NCBI GenBank assembly: GCA_965242525.1
Contig: OZ251459.1
Span: 1,376,001 to 1,440,000 of the forward strand
Length of the DNA: 64,000 nt
Direction: 5' to 3'
Source: an uncultured Candidatus Binatia bacterium
Lineage (GTDB): Bacteria > Desulfobacterota > Binatia > UBA9968 > JAJDTQ01
Below, piece by piece: positions 46,691 through 55,459 of this stretch. The position numbers and the translations under genes are program-made. Numbering within the stretch: position 1 is the first letter of the stretch; the number at the start of each line of letters is the position of its first letter. The notes below the pieces were generated by a model. It was not told the origin of the DNA and ran no database searches. It was given only the letters and a program-made list of their open reading frames with translations.

Positions 46691-49600
46691 TCAGCCGTCC
46701 TGGTCCTGCCACAGCCGCAACTGCTCGGGCTCGTCGATGCGGTCGCCGTAAGCGAGTCGGGATAGGTGGTAGAGGGTCTCGAAGTCGCTGCCCGAGGCCG
46801 CGGCCTCGCCCGGGAGGTCGATCCCGGTGAAGGCCCGTGAAACGGGAAGCACCTCCAACACCGCCTCCAGGGAAGCGAAGAAACGCGGGTCCCGGTCCAC
46901 TTGGGCCGCGGCCAGCATCCCGCGCGCCGCGTCCAGGGACCGGAGCCGGGCCAGGTTGGCGGCGTGGTGGATGGCGTCGATCATGCCGCGGGAGCCGTCC
47001 GCGGGACCCAGGGCGCCCTTGGCGGCCCGCCGGGCGCTGTCCCAGAGGCGGACCATGCTGCCCTTCTTCTCGGCGAGCCGGCCCACGACCTCCCCGTCCA
47101 GATCGACGCCCACCGCGCGGGCGAGCTTGAGCGCTTCGTCGTAGGAGAACGCGGGCGCACGGAAGGCGTGCCAGGACAGGACGAAGAAAGAGGTCGCGGG
47201 GTCGAGGTCGGCGTTGGCCTTGAGACGGGTCAGTCGTTCCAGGAGCCAGCGCTTGACCTCGCGCCGGGCTGCGTCCAGCGCGTCCTCCGGCGTTGCCGCG
47301 TAGGGGTCCCATTCCTCCTCGAACAACACCTGCTGGCGCCGACCCCGGCGCTCCGCGGGAAGCTCCCGCGGCGTGCCCCGCTTGAGGGGCCAGTGGCGCG
47401 AGAACTCCTCCAGCGCCGGCCCGAAGGAGGCCAGGTAGAGATCGACCCCGGTAATGCCCGCGTCCTGGAACTCGCCCACCCGCCGGCGCACCGCCTGCGC
47501 CACACGGGGCTCCACGTCCTCCCAGTACAGGTTCGGCTCGTCCCGCACCAGGAAGCTCTGGGTTCGTTCCACCGCCCGCGGACGGCAAACCAGGAAGATG
47601 GTGCTGTTGGCCGCGGCCTTGTCCTTGATGTGGAGGCTCCCCTCGGCCTCGGTGTTGACGGGCCACGAGGCGGTGATAGTGAAGCCCGACTCGATCAGCC
47701 CCTTGGTGAGCGCGTCCCAGGCCCCGGTGGCCTTGTGGGTGAACATGAGGGTCATGATCCCGTCCGGCTTCAGCACCCGGCGGCACTCCGCGAAAATAGC
47801 CGCCATCCGCTCCCGGTATTCCTGCCCGGCAAGCGCCCGCGCCCCCTTCTCTCCCCGGAACTTGGCCGGGTTGGCCACCGCCTCGTTCTCCTTGTCCGTG
47901 AGCTGCCGGCGGAACAGTTCGGGAAAGACGTGCCCCGCGGTGCGCTTGAGCCACACGTAGAAGAAGTCCGACAACTCCGCGTACATCACGTTGTCGTAGT
48001 AGGGCGGGTCCATGACCACCACGTCGATGGAGGCATCCATGAGATGGTCCAGGCTGTCGCCCGGCTTGCAGGTGATGGTGATCGGGGGTGGGTCGGAGGA
48101 GGGGGATCTGCTGTCGTCGTGGTCGATGAGGGCGGAGGGGCTGGTGTGGTGGCCGTGGCTGATGGGGGCGGAGGGGCTGGTACGGTGGCCGTGGCTGATG
48201 GGGGCGGGATGGCTGGTGCGGGCGGCGTGACTGGTGGAATCATTTTCTCTGGTGGGGTCAGGGCCGTCAATAGGGTTGGCGCGGCTGCTGCGAACGTCGC
48301 GGCCGGTAGAGTCGGGACGGCTGGCGCGGGCGGCGTAGCTAGTGGGGTTGCTGTGTTCGATGTGGTCGGCGTGATCGATGGGATCCGTGTGTTCGGTGCG
48401 CTTGGCGCTGGCTGCGCGGCCGGTGCTGTCGATGCCGTCGGTCTGGCCATTGTGCCCGGTCCGGCCGGTGTGGTTGATCCCGGCGAACAGATCGCCATCG
48501 CGGGCCGGGGCGTCGGGGCGGACGAGGGCGACGAGTTCGGCGATGCACTTGGCGGTCTGCCCGATGGCCCAGTCATAGCCGAGACCGGTGACCAAAGGGG
48601 CCATCTCGGCGTAGGACCACTTGAAGGAGAAGTCATGCCGGTCGAAGGTGTTGACCATGACCTCCCGATTCACGTGCCACCGGGTCATACGGGAGTTGTA
48701 ATCGCGTAGCTTGTCGAAGGACAGCGCGAGATACCCGTAAGCCGCCTTCTGGATCTCGCCCAACCGGCCCGCGGCCCGGTCGGCGTCGAGCATCTCCCGG
48801 AAGACCTCTACGCTCGTGCCGTGGCAGAGAAGCTGGCGAGGCGAGAACAGGTCGCGCCATTTCTTTACACCGTAGATTTTTGATCGGTCGCTATACATGT
48901 CGTCATAGTTTTCACTCGGCACGAAATCGAAGGCTTCCCACTCCGGCAGCCTCTCTTCGAGTCGCACTCGGACCTCGGCGCCGTTGTCGTCCTCGGGCCG
49001 CGGCGCCCGGTAGCCGCGGACCCACTTCTCGCGGATCCGCCCCGTCTTGGTCCTGACTTCGACCAGCTTCTTATAGACGACAGCGTAAAGCTGCTCTCCC
49101 ATCCTCCCGGCTTGCGCCTGTTCCTTGATCACGTCCCCGTCGATGATCCGCCCGCAATCCGGGTAGGGACAGTCGCCCGTCCCGTCCGAGACCGTGCCCG
49201 GCGATTGCTCCGCCACGGAATCCACCATGTCGAACGCGCACGTGCGGCTCTCCGATCCGGGACCGCCGCGGAGATGCGGCACGAGCCTGACCCCCGCGCC
49301 GCCCGGCGCCAGCCGCCAATTGGGAGAGAGCGGAACGAGCCCGTCGCAGTACGGGCAGGTGATGGTGCGCGCCCAGAGATAACCGTCCGGGCGGGTATGG
49401 TCCCCGGGCTCCTCCGGGAACACGCCGGCAAGACGTTCCCGGACCGTGCTCGTCAACCGGTTACCGAGTTCTTCCACGACGCTCTTCAGGGAAACGCCGA
49501 ATCCTGCAGGCCATTCGACCGTTGCGCGTTCGATCAAGGCAGCGACGGGATTCAGGTCGTTCGCCACGGTCTGCAACCCTGCCCGAACGGACTCGAACGG

Positions 49601-50008
49601 CACGCTCCCGCCGCCCGCCGTCGGATCGAGAACGACGGCATTGCTCACCGTGTTCTCGCGTAACCAATCCCTGTGATCATCGTCGGGTATGTAGCCGAAA
49701 GCCCGCGGGTAACCATACGCATCCGCACCCAGGCGTTCCCCCGTGCGGTTGGCCGCGGATATCCTCCTCTTCGCGGCCACAGGGTCGCCGTGAATCCCGA
49801 TCACGTGCAGGAACCGCTCCCGGTCCGCGTCCGCCGGCAGCAGGGACCCCAGCACCGCGGCCCGCGACGCCACCAGCGGACGCCGCGCCCACCAGACGTG
49901 CAGCCGGTTCGGCGCCGGGAACGGCGTCATCGGCGTCCGCTCGCGAATGCTCTCGATGCCAAGCGCCGCAATCGGCAACCACCGCTCGATCAGGCGGACG
50001 TCAGACAC
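46691..50008 (-). CDS. DUF1156-family adenine DNA methyltransferase
   Basis: LHVWWARRPLVASRA, DPTAGGGS (SAM binding), DPPYY (catalytic), YLWARTITCPYC; GTG start inferred; carries a low-complexity insert. Confidence 0.9.
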   Translation of the reverse strand: MSDVRLIERWLPIAALGIESIRERTPMTPFPAPNRLHVWWARRPLVASRAAVLGSLLPADADRERFLHVIGIHGDPVAAKRRISAANRTGERLGADAYGYPRAFGYIPDDDHRDWLRENTVSNAVVLDPTAGGGSVPFESVRAGLQTVANDLNPVAALIERATVEWPAGFGVSLKSVVEELGNRLTSTVRERLAGVFPEEPGDHTRPDGYLWARTITCPYCDGLVPLSPNWRLAPGGAGVRLVPHLRGGPGSESRTCAFDMVDSVAEQSPGTVSDGTGDCPYPDCGRIIDGDVIKEQAQAGRMGEQLYAVVYKKLVEVRTKTGRIREKWVRGYRAPRPEDDNGAEVRVRLEERLPEWEAFDFVPSENYDDMYSDRSKIYGVKKWRDLFSPRQLLCHGTSVEVFREMLDADRAAGRLGEIQKAAYGYLALSFDKLRDYNSRMTRWHVNREVMVNTFDRHDFSFKWSYAEMAPLVTGLGYDWAIGQTAKCIAELVALVRPDAPARDGDLFAGINHTGRTGHNGQTDGIDSTGRAASAKRTEHTDPIDHADHIEHSNPTSYAARASRPDSTGRDVRSSRANPIDGPDPTRENDSTSHAARTSHPAPISHGHRTSPSAPISHGHHTSPSALIDHDDSRSPSSDPPPITITCKPGDSLDHLMDASIDVVVMDPPYYDNVMYAELSDFFYVWLKRTAGHVFPELFRRQLTDKENEAVANPAKFRGEKGARALAGQEYRERMAAIFAECRRVLKPDGIMTLMFTHKATGAWDALTKGLIESGFTITASWPVNTEAEGSLHIKDKAAANSTIFLVCRPRAVERTQSFLVRDEPNLYWEDVEPRVAQAVRRRVGEFQDAGITGVDLYLASFGPALEEFSRHWPLKRGTPRELPAERRGRRQQVLFEEEWDPYAATPEDALDAARREVKRWLLERLTRLKANADLDPATSFFVLSWHAFRAPAFSYDEALKLARAVGVDLDGEVVGRLAEKKGSMVRLWDSARRAAKGALGPADGSRGMIDAIHHAANLARLRSLDAARGMLAAAQVDRDPRFFASLEAVLEVLPVSRAFTGIDLPGEAAASGSDFETLYHLSRLAYGDRIDEPEQLRLWQDQDG

Positions 50009-50012
50009 CGGC

Positions 50013-50750
50013 TCAAATCCATTCGCGGGGTTGTTGCGCCAGGACACCCTCGCCCAATACCCCGAAGTACGAGCGGGTGGCGGTGAAGAACCTGCGTAGA
50101 ACGCCGTCATGGTCCGGCAACAGGTTCCGGCGCGCCCACTGTTCCATCGCCGCGCCATGCGCGAAATCCCGCCAGCCTTCATCGAGCCGGCGTCTGTGTC
50201 TTTGCCGCGCCCTCTGCAATCGTTCGACGTTCAAGCCCAGGATCTCGATGGTTCGGCTTACCCGGCCCACCGCCACGCCGACTTGCCCGCAAGCCCTGTC
50301 GTCCGCCTCCATCCGGCCGTTGACGCGCACACGTATGAGCGACGGAAGCGCGGGAAGCGATCTGGGGTCGATGAAATCCGGATCCGTGTTGCCGCCCTTT
50401 GCCTGGCCGCAACTCCTGCCCGGGAATCGTTCGTCGTCGGCGCGGATCGACGCATCGTCCGACGATCCGCCCCGGCAGCAGGCGATCATGTTGGCGGCAT
50501 CGAAAGTGTGTTCGCGTCCGTATCGGGGATGGTTCCGGGGCACGACGTGTTCGACCTGCCGGTCAGCGCCCCGGATGTCGTTTTCGCAGTAGCCGCATAG
50601 CCCGTGTTGAAGGTTCACCAGGGTTTCGGCGAGCTGCCTGTAACGCTCCCCGCCGTGACGGTATCCCTGCCAGCTCGCATGGCCTTTGGCGCGGTCCAGG
50701 TATTCATCGAGACCGGGGACGGAGCCGGCGAATTCGCGGATGCGCTTCAC
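50013..50750 (-). CDS. ptuB: HNH endonuclease, Septu PtuB / TIGR02646-like (copy 2)
   Basis: QHGLCGYCE, VEHVVPR, NMIACC.GG, SCGQAK, TIEILGLN; GTGA overlap with the ATPase. Confidence 0.8.
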   Translation of the reverse strand: MKRIREFAGSVPGLDEYLDRAKGHASWQGYRHGGERYRQLAETLVNLQHGLCGYCENDIRGADRQVEHVVPRNHPRYGREHTFDAANMIACCRGGSSDDASIRADDERFPGRSCGQAKGGNTDPDFIDPRSLPALPSLIRVRVNGRMEADDRACGQVGVAVGRVSRTIEILGLNVERLQRARQRHRRRLDEGWRDFAHGAAMEQWARRNLLPDHDGVLRRFFTATRSYFGVLGEGVLAQQPREWI

Positions 50751-52015
50751 CGGGACCCTGCCATTTCCTTCAGCAGCTTGCGGCGCTCGATCTCGATATC
50801 CGCCTCGTGAATCTCGGGCGCGTCCGGCGACAGCTCCACCAGGCGGGATCTGAGGGATGCGGCTTCCTCGCATTCGCCCCGTCCATCCTCCACCAGACGC
50901 ATATAGTCATCCAGCGTGGCCTTGAACTCGTTGTCCGGCCGTTCGTCCACCCGCATCACGGTAAAGAGCACGTCGCCGGCTTCCGCCCCGAACGTCGGTG
51001 CGGGCGGTCTTCCGGCAACGATGCGGCCGTCCTCGCGGCGCAATTCGACGATATGCCTAGGCTGAACCGTCGTCAGCACCTGTGGGCTGTGGGTGGAGAC
51101 GATGAATTGCGTGTTCGGGAAAGTCCGCCTCAGATCGACCAGGATCCGCTGCTGCCACGCAGGGTGCAGGTGCAGATCCACCTCGTCGATCAACACCACC
51201 GCTTCGGATTCGAGCGGGTCCTTGAGATGCGGGTTCCCTTGCGCCATGCGCCGAGCAAGGTCGGCCGCCAGCGCCAGGACGATCCGGTAACCGCCGCTCA
51301 ACTGGTCGAGCGCCAACTCTTCGAGCTTGCCTGTTTCCGATTCCAGGGACACAACAAACCGCAAAGGTCTGAGTTTGATCCGAGGCTCGGAGACGCCGGG
51401 TACCATGCCCTCGATCGCCTTGCGGACGGCGTTCAGGTCTTTCAACCGATGCTTGAAGTTCTGCCGTTCGTTCTTTTCCCGCAATTCTTCATTCTCCCGG
51501 TCATAGAACCACTTGAAGAACTCCCTGAAGTTAGTGCGCGGGGCGAGCGCTCCTTCCAATGCCGCGTAGCGCGGGAAATCTGTTTTGAAATTCCGGCGTC
51601 GATGCGGCGTATCGAAGACCGCACGGTCCGTGTCATAGAAGGCGATGATGGGAAGGTCGAGGGGTTCCGCTTCCTCCCGGTCCGCGGCGATGATCCCGTC
51701 CATCCTCTCCTTCAACATCCGGCGGCTGGATTTCCCCCGCGGCCCGAGCTTGCGCCGATCCCATTGGATCTCGTCGCAGGTCCGCAGCATCACCCGCAAA
51801 GGCCGCTGTCCGCGCAGGTCGGTGTTGCGGAACCCGACGCCGGAGACCTCCGGCAACAATATCGGAACGCTGCCGAGTCCCGCGGCGATGGCGCTCAGGA
51901 CACTCGTCTTGCCGTGCCCGTTGGCGCCGTAGAACACGGTCAGGTCACGGTCGAGCGGCAGGTCGAGCTTCTCGATGGCGCGGTAGTTCTCGATCTCCAC
52001 CCGTTCAAGCTTCAT
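50747..52015 (-). CDS. ptuA: ABC/AAA_21 ATPase, Septu PtuA-like (copy 2)
   Basis: GANGHGKTS, QLSGGYR, RMAQGNP, VLIDEVDLHLHPAWQ, FPNTQFIVSTHSPQV. Confidence 0.85.
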   Translation of the reverse strand: MKLERVEIENYRAIEKLDLPLDRDLTVFYGANGHGKTSVLSAIAAGLGSVPILLPEVSGVGFRNTDLRGQRPLRVMLRTCDEIQWDRRKLGPRGKSSRRMLKERMDGIIAADREEAEPLDLPIIAFYDTDRAVFDTPHRRRNFKTDFPRYAALEGALAPRTNFREFFKWFYDRENEELREKNERQNFKHRLKDLNAVRKAIEGMVPGVSEPRIKLRPLRFVVSLESETGKLEELALDQLSGGYRIVLALAADLARRMAQGNPHLKDPLESEAVVLIDEVDLHLHPAWQQRILVDLRRTFPNTQFIVSTHSPQVLTTVQPRHIVELRREDGRIVAGRPPAPTFGAEAGDVLFTVMRVDERPDNEFKATLDDYMRLVEDGRGECEEAASLRSRLVELSPDAPEIHEADIEIERRKLLKEMAGSR

Positions 52016-52190
52016 GGTCGGTCCCCCTTCTCCTCCGTGGCATGGTCCGCGGGCTTCGCAGGGCCGTCAGCGCCCGGCGCGGGTGTTTGCGGCGCATCGC
52101 CATGCCGAGCCGGCAGGCCGCCGCCTCGCGGCCCATGGCCTCAGCGCCTTCGGCCACTGCATGGATCTTGCCGTTGCTCCGATTGGCAAC
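52016..52190 (-). pseudogene. Decayed duplicate of the 3' end of gene 60848..61342
   Basis: AVAEGAEAMGREAAACRLGMAMRRKHPRRALTALR versus SVAEGIEAMGREEAAYWLGMAMHRKNPRRVLTALR. Confidence 0.8.
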
Positions 52191-52252
52191 CACCACTCCA
52201 TAAGTTGAGTATCATGGCTGCCTCCCCGCGGCTCTGGTCATCGCTGCACCGT

Positions 52253-53224
52253 TCACCGTTTGGTGAGCTTCGGGCCGGCGTACACGACGTAAACCGGCTT
52301 GCCGTGCTGGATGGGCATGGAAAAGTGCACGCGCAACGCGGGGTGGCGCACCTTTCCATGCCAAGTGCAAGATAGAGACTTCCCGGGTTCGTCTGGATGT
52401 GGAAACGTCAGCGCACGACGGAAGTGTCCTTTCTCGGACTCCGAGGAGTCGGAGAACAAGCCTTGATCGTCGATTCCGGTGAAGTAATCCTGATAGATCC
52501 GGTGGCCCTCGGAAGTCCGGGCACCGTTGGCGTCGAACGCGCACGCGAACCGGTCCAGGATGTCGAGCAGCACGAGGAGACGATCCGCTGCGCTCTTGAC
52601 GAACGGGGTCCCTTCGAGAGGATCGAAGCAATCGCCGGCAAACGTCAAATTTTTGAAGCGGCTCGTCGAGATCTTTCGCATGTCACTCCAGGATCGGATC
52701 GGAGGCGAGGCGTCCCGCAACCTCCTTTCCAGTTCCGTCGCGTCCCGCCAGTTTTCGAGAGCCACCGTCGGGTCGTCCGAGTCCATGTCGTCACGTCGCC
52801 ACGTCACTTCAACGGGCGAGAAGTCCCAACCCGACGGCGTAAAGCTGACCAAGGAGCATGCCATGTCGTGCAGCGTTCGATACGCCGCTTCGCCGACCGC
52901 GTGCTCCGTCACCACCTCACCGCGGCATTCCAGGTAGTCGTCGGCCTCGTGTCGGCGAAGGGCGTCGTCGTCCCAAAAGGGGCCGCTGTGCGTCAACCAA
53001 CGCATCACGGAGCGCCTCTCGTTCACGGAAAGCTGCTGAAGCGCCTGCTGCATGGGCATGCCCGGCATGGGTTCGGCCATCAGCAACTTGCGATTGCAGT
53101 ACACTTCCAGATCGAAACGCCGGGCCGCAGTACGCATGGAACTCATCCGTGCAAAGGCGTCACGAAACGCCCCCGTATCGCGGAACTGTCCGTGGATCGA
53201 CAGGTCGTTGGCGAGGAGATCCAA
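52253..53224 (-). CDS. Hypothetical effector, third gene of the Menshen-like triad
   Basis: Directly follows the DUF262 and DUF3696 genes; C-terminal S.SE...WHGK...RVHF....VYVVYAGPKL resembles a RelE-like nuclease fold (inference). Confidence 0.65.
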   Translation of the reverse strand: MDLLANDLSIHGQFRDTGAFRDAFARMSSMRTAARRFDLEVYCNRKLLMAEPMPGMPMQQALQQLSVNERRSVMRWLTHSGPFWDDDALRRHEADDYLECRGEVVTEHAVGEAAYRTLHDMACSLVSFTPSGWDFSPVEVTWRRDDMDSDDPTVALENWRDATELERRLRDASPPIRSWSDMRKISTSRFKNLTFAGDCFDPLEGTPFVKSAADRLLVLLDILDRFACAFDANGARTSEGHRIYQDYFTGIDDQGLFSDSSESEKGHFRRALTFPHPDEPGKSLSCTWHGKVRHPALRVHFSMPIQHGKPVYVVYAGPKLTKR

Positions 53225-53225
53225 T

Positions 53226-54380
53226 TCAACACCAGCCGGCGAAGTAGTCCATGTCCTTGTCGAACTGGTCGAAGAAGCCTTCCGGCCACGTATCTACGTT
53301 GCCGTCCCGATCCATGACGAGGGTTTGGACCTGCGCGGCGCCATCTGATTCCTCGTCATGCTGCAAGCGGAAGAAGTGGAGAGCGACGTCTTCGGGAAGA
53401 AGAACGGCATCCTTTACCGCCCGCCGAATGCCGTTCAACACGTGGTCGCTGTGCGTCTCGAGGACGACCTGTACCCCGGCAGCCGCGACTTTGGCCAGGA
53501 ACGCGCCCATCGCGGCTTGCCCGGCCGGGTGGAGATGCACTTCCGGGTTTTCGATCAACAGCAGGTCGCCTTTGCTTGCCGACAAGGCCGCTACCACTAT
53601 CGGCAGTACCTGCGTCAATCCGAAGCCGCTATGGATCGGACGGTGGAAGTCCATGCCTTTGGACGTCCTTAGCCCCAAGGTCAGTGCGTTCGCTTGCGGG
53701 ACCTTCCCGACGGTCAACTCGCAGCCCGGGAAGAACCGGTTCATGCAGGCTTCGACCTGACGCAACCGCGTCGGCGGGGCATCCTCGATAATCAATCCGT
53801 CGAGAACCATCTCGTCACCGCCCGAATAGAGGACGCTGGCCGCATGTTCTCCTTCCGGGCCGACCACGGGTGCGTACCGGATATCCTCCAATGGATAGGT
53901 CTCGCGCGGTCCTACCCGTTCGGCAGTGAGGTAGGTGAGTCCGCATAGACGATCCACCAACGAACCGGCCCAGGTCTCTTCGCCTTGCGACAATGGCAAC
54001 AAGTGGTACAGTGACCCGGATTCGTCTTGCGCAACGTCATCGATGCGAATCTGTGCTACTTCCATGGACATCTCGGTGCGTCCGCCCACGAATTCCCATT
54101 GAAACTCGTGTTCGTCATCCAGCAGCGCAATCCCAATGGAGCGGCGCCCATGGGTCTGGTCGATGACGTCGGACACGGCGCCAAGGCGAACGGCGGCGCC
54201 ATTGAGCATCAGACGCCCCGCCCATTCATCCTCCCGCATGGACTGATGCAGGAGAGCCAGCGCCTGCATCACCGACGATTTCCCGGACGCATTGGCGCCG
54301 GAAAGCAGGGTCAGCGGGCAGAGCGGCAACTTCAACAACGTGAAACACTTGAAGTGCCGAAGATCAATTCGCCTGAGCAC
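53226..54380 (-). CDS. DUF3696-containing AAA/ABC ATPase (Menshen NsnB-like)
   Basis: GANASGKSS, YLTAERVGPR, GFGLTQVLPIV, IENPEVHLHP, ETHSDH, WPEGFFDQ. Confidence 0.88.
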   Translation of the reverse strand: MLRRIDLRHFKCFTLLKLPLCPLTLLSGANASGKSSVMQALALLHQSMREDEWAGRLMLNGAAVRLGAVSDVIDQTHGRRSIGIALLDDEHEFQWEFVGGRTEMSMEVAQIRIDDVAQDESGSLYHLLPLSQGEETWAGSLVDRLCGLTYLTAERVGPRETYPLEDIRYAPVVGPEGEHAASVLYSGGDEMVLDGLIIEDAPPTRLRQVEACMNRFFPGCELTVGKVPQANALTLGLRTSKGMDFHRPIHSGFGLTQVLPIVVAALSASKGDLLLIENPEVHLHPAGQAAMGAFLAKVAAAGVQVVLETHSDHVLNGIRRAVKDAVLLPEDVALHFFRLQHDEESDGAAQVQTLVMDRDGNVDTWPEGFFDQFDKDMDYFAGWC

Positions 54381-55455
54381 CCAGTATCTCCTCGAATTTC
54401 TGCCGGGTCATCTGGAACCGGCAGCGTACCTTCTTGGGGTCGTTCGGTCCGTAGGTAATCGAGATGTTGAAATCTTCGTCACCGAGAAGCCGGTACACGG
54501 ATTCGCGAAGAGGATGGGCGCACGCCCTGATCCGTTCCTCGCCGTAGCGGGACAAGCCGGTGCACATGACGTCCCAGAACGACGCATTGAGGACGCCGCG
54601 CCGGTCTTGCCCGGGGGCATGTTTCCTGAATGCATGCTGATCGAACAGCATGAAATTGTTGGCGAGGCCTCTCCGAAATTCTCCTGACAACGACGCCAAC
54701 TCGCCATCCGCCATTCCATTCATCTTGCGCAGACATTCCGCGAGAAAAACGTCCATGTCGCCGCGATATTCTGTGAGATCGAGGATTTGGAAGGCACAGA
54801 AGCGGTTGACGAACTCCCGGTCCCTCATCTTCTTCGCGTCCAGGCTGCCGCCAGTGGCGTTCAGGAAAACCTCCGACTTCGATTCGTCCTTGAGAAAACG
54901 AGTAGCCTTTCCCATGAACAGGCTGTTGCGCATCTGTTGCCGAGTCAGAGGCTCACCACTGTTCACCCTCTCGAAGATGTCGAGCCGGGCGCGCTCCGGC
55001 GCCTTCGAGTCGATGATGTAGAAGATGAGGTTGCAATCTTCGACGCGATTTTGAAGCTTGGACAAGAGATCCGTAAACCCTTTGCCGTGAAGTTCCTTTC
55101 GATCGGGAAGATCAAGGCGCAATTCGTTTTTCACGAACCGCTGAAAGGTGGACAGGCGCTGCAAGCCGTCCACCACGACCATCCTGCCTTTGTCGTCCTC
55201 CGCCAGGTAGAATACCGGCAGGGGGATGCGCATGATCACGGATTCGATAAGCTTGCTCTGCTTGTCCTCCGGCCAGATGAAATCGCGCTGGAAGTCAGGA
55301 TCCATGACGTAATTGTTCTGGTCGATTCGTCGAATGACGTCGTGGATGGTTCGGTTCTCGTGTCGAATCAGCAGGTCGTCGATAGGGTACTCGCCCCACG
55401 ACCCACTGTCGTAATCCAGACCTTCGGGTTCTTCGACTTGAAACTCATTGCCCAT
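54364..55455 (-). CDS. DUF262 (ParB-like/GmrS) protein (Menshen NsnA-like)
   Basis: PDFQRDFIW, SKLIES, IPLPVFY, VVDGLQRL, IFERVNSG. Confidence 0.9.
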   Translation of the reverse strand: MGNEFQVEEPEGLDYDSGSWGEYPIDDLLIRHENRTIHDVIRRIDQNNYVMDPDFQRDFIWPEDKQSKLIESVIMRIPLPVFYLAEDDKGRMVVVDGLQRLSTFQRFVKNELRLDLPDRKELHGKGFTDLLSKLQNRVEDCNLIFYIIDSKAPERARLDIFERVNSGEPLTRQQMRNSLFMGKATRFLKDESKSEVFLNATGGSLDAKKMRDREFVNRFCAFQILDLTEYRGDMDVFLAECLRKMNGMADGELASLSGEFRRGLANNFMLFDQHAFRKHAPGQDRRGVLNASFWDVMCTGLSRYGEERIRACAHPLRESVYRLLGDEDFNISITYGPNDPKKVRCRFQMTRQKFEEILGAQAN

Positions 55456-55459
55456 GGTT

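Noticed and set aside
48083-48480. Intein in the methyltransferase
   Set aside because: No Cys/Ser start with His-Asn end and no splicing or LAGLIDADG blocks; the sequence is low-complexity repeat
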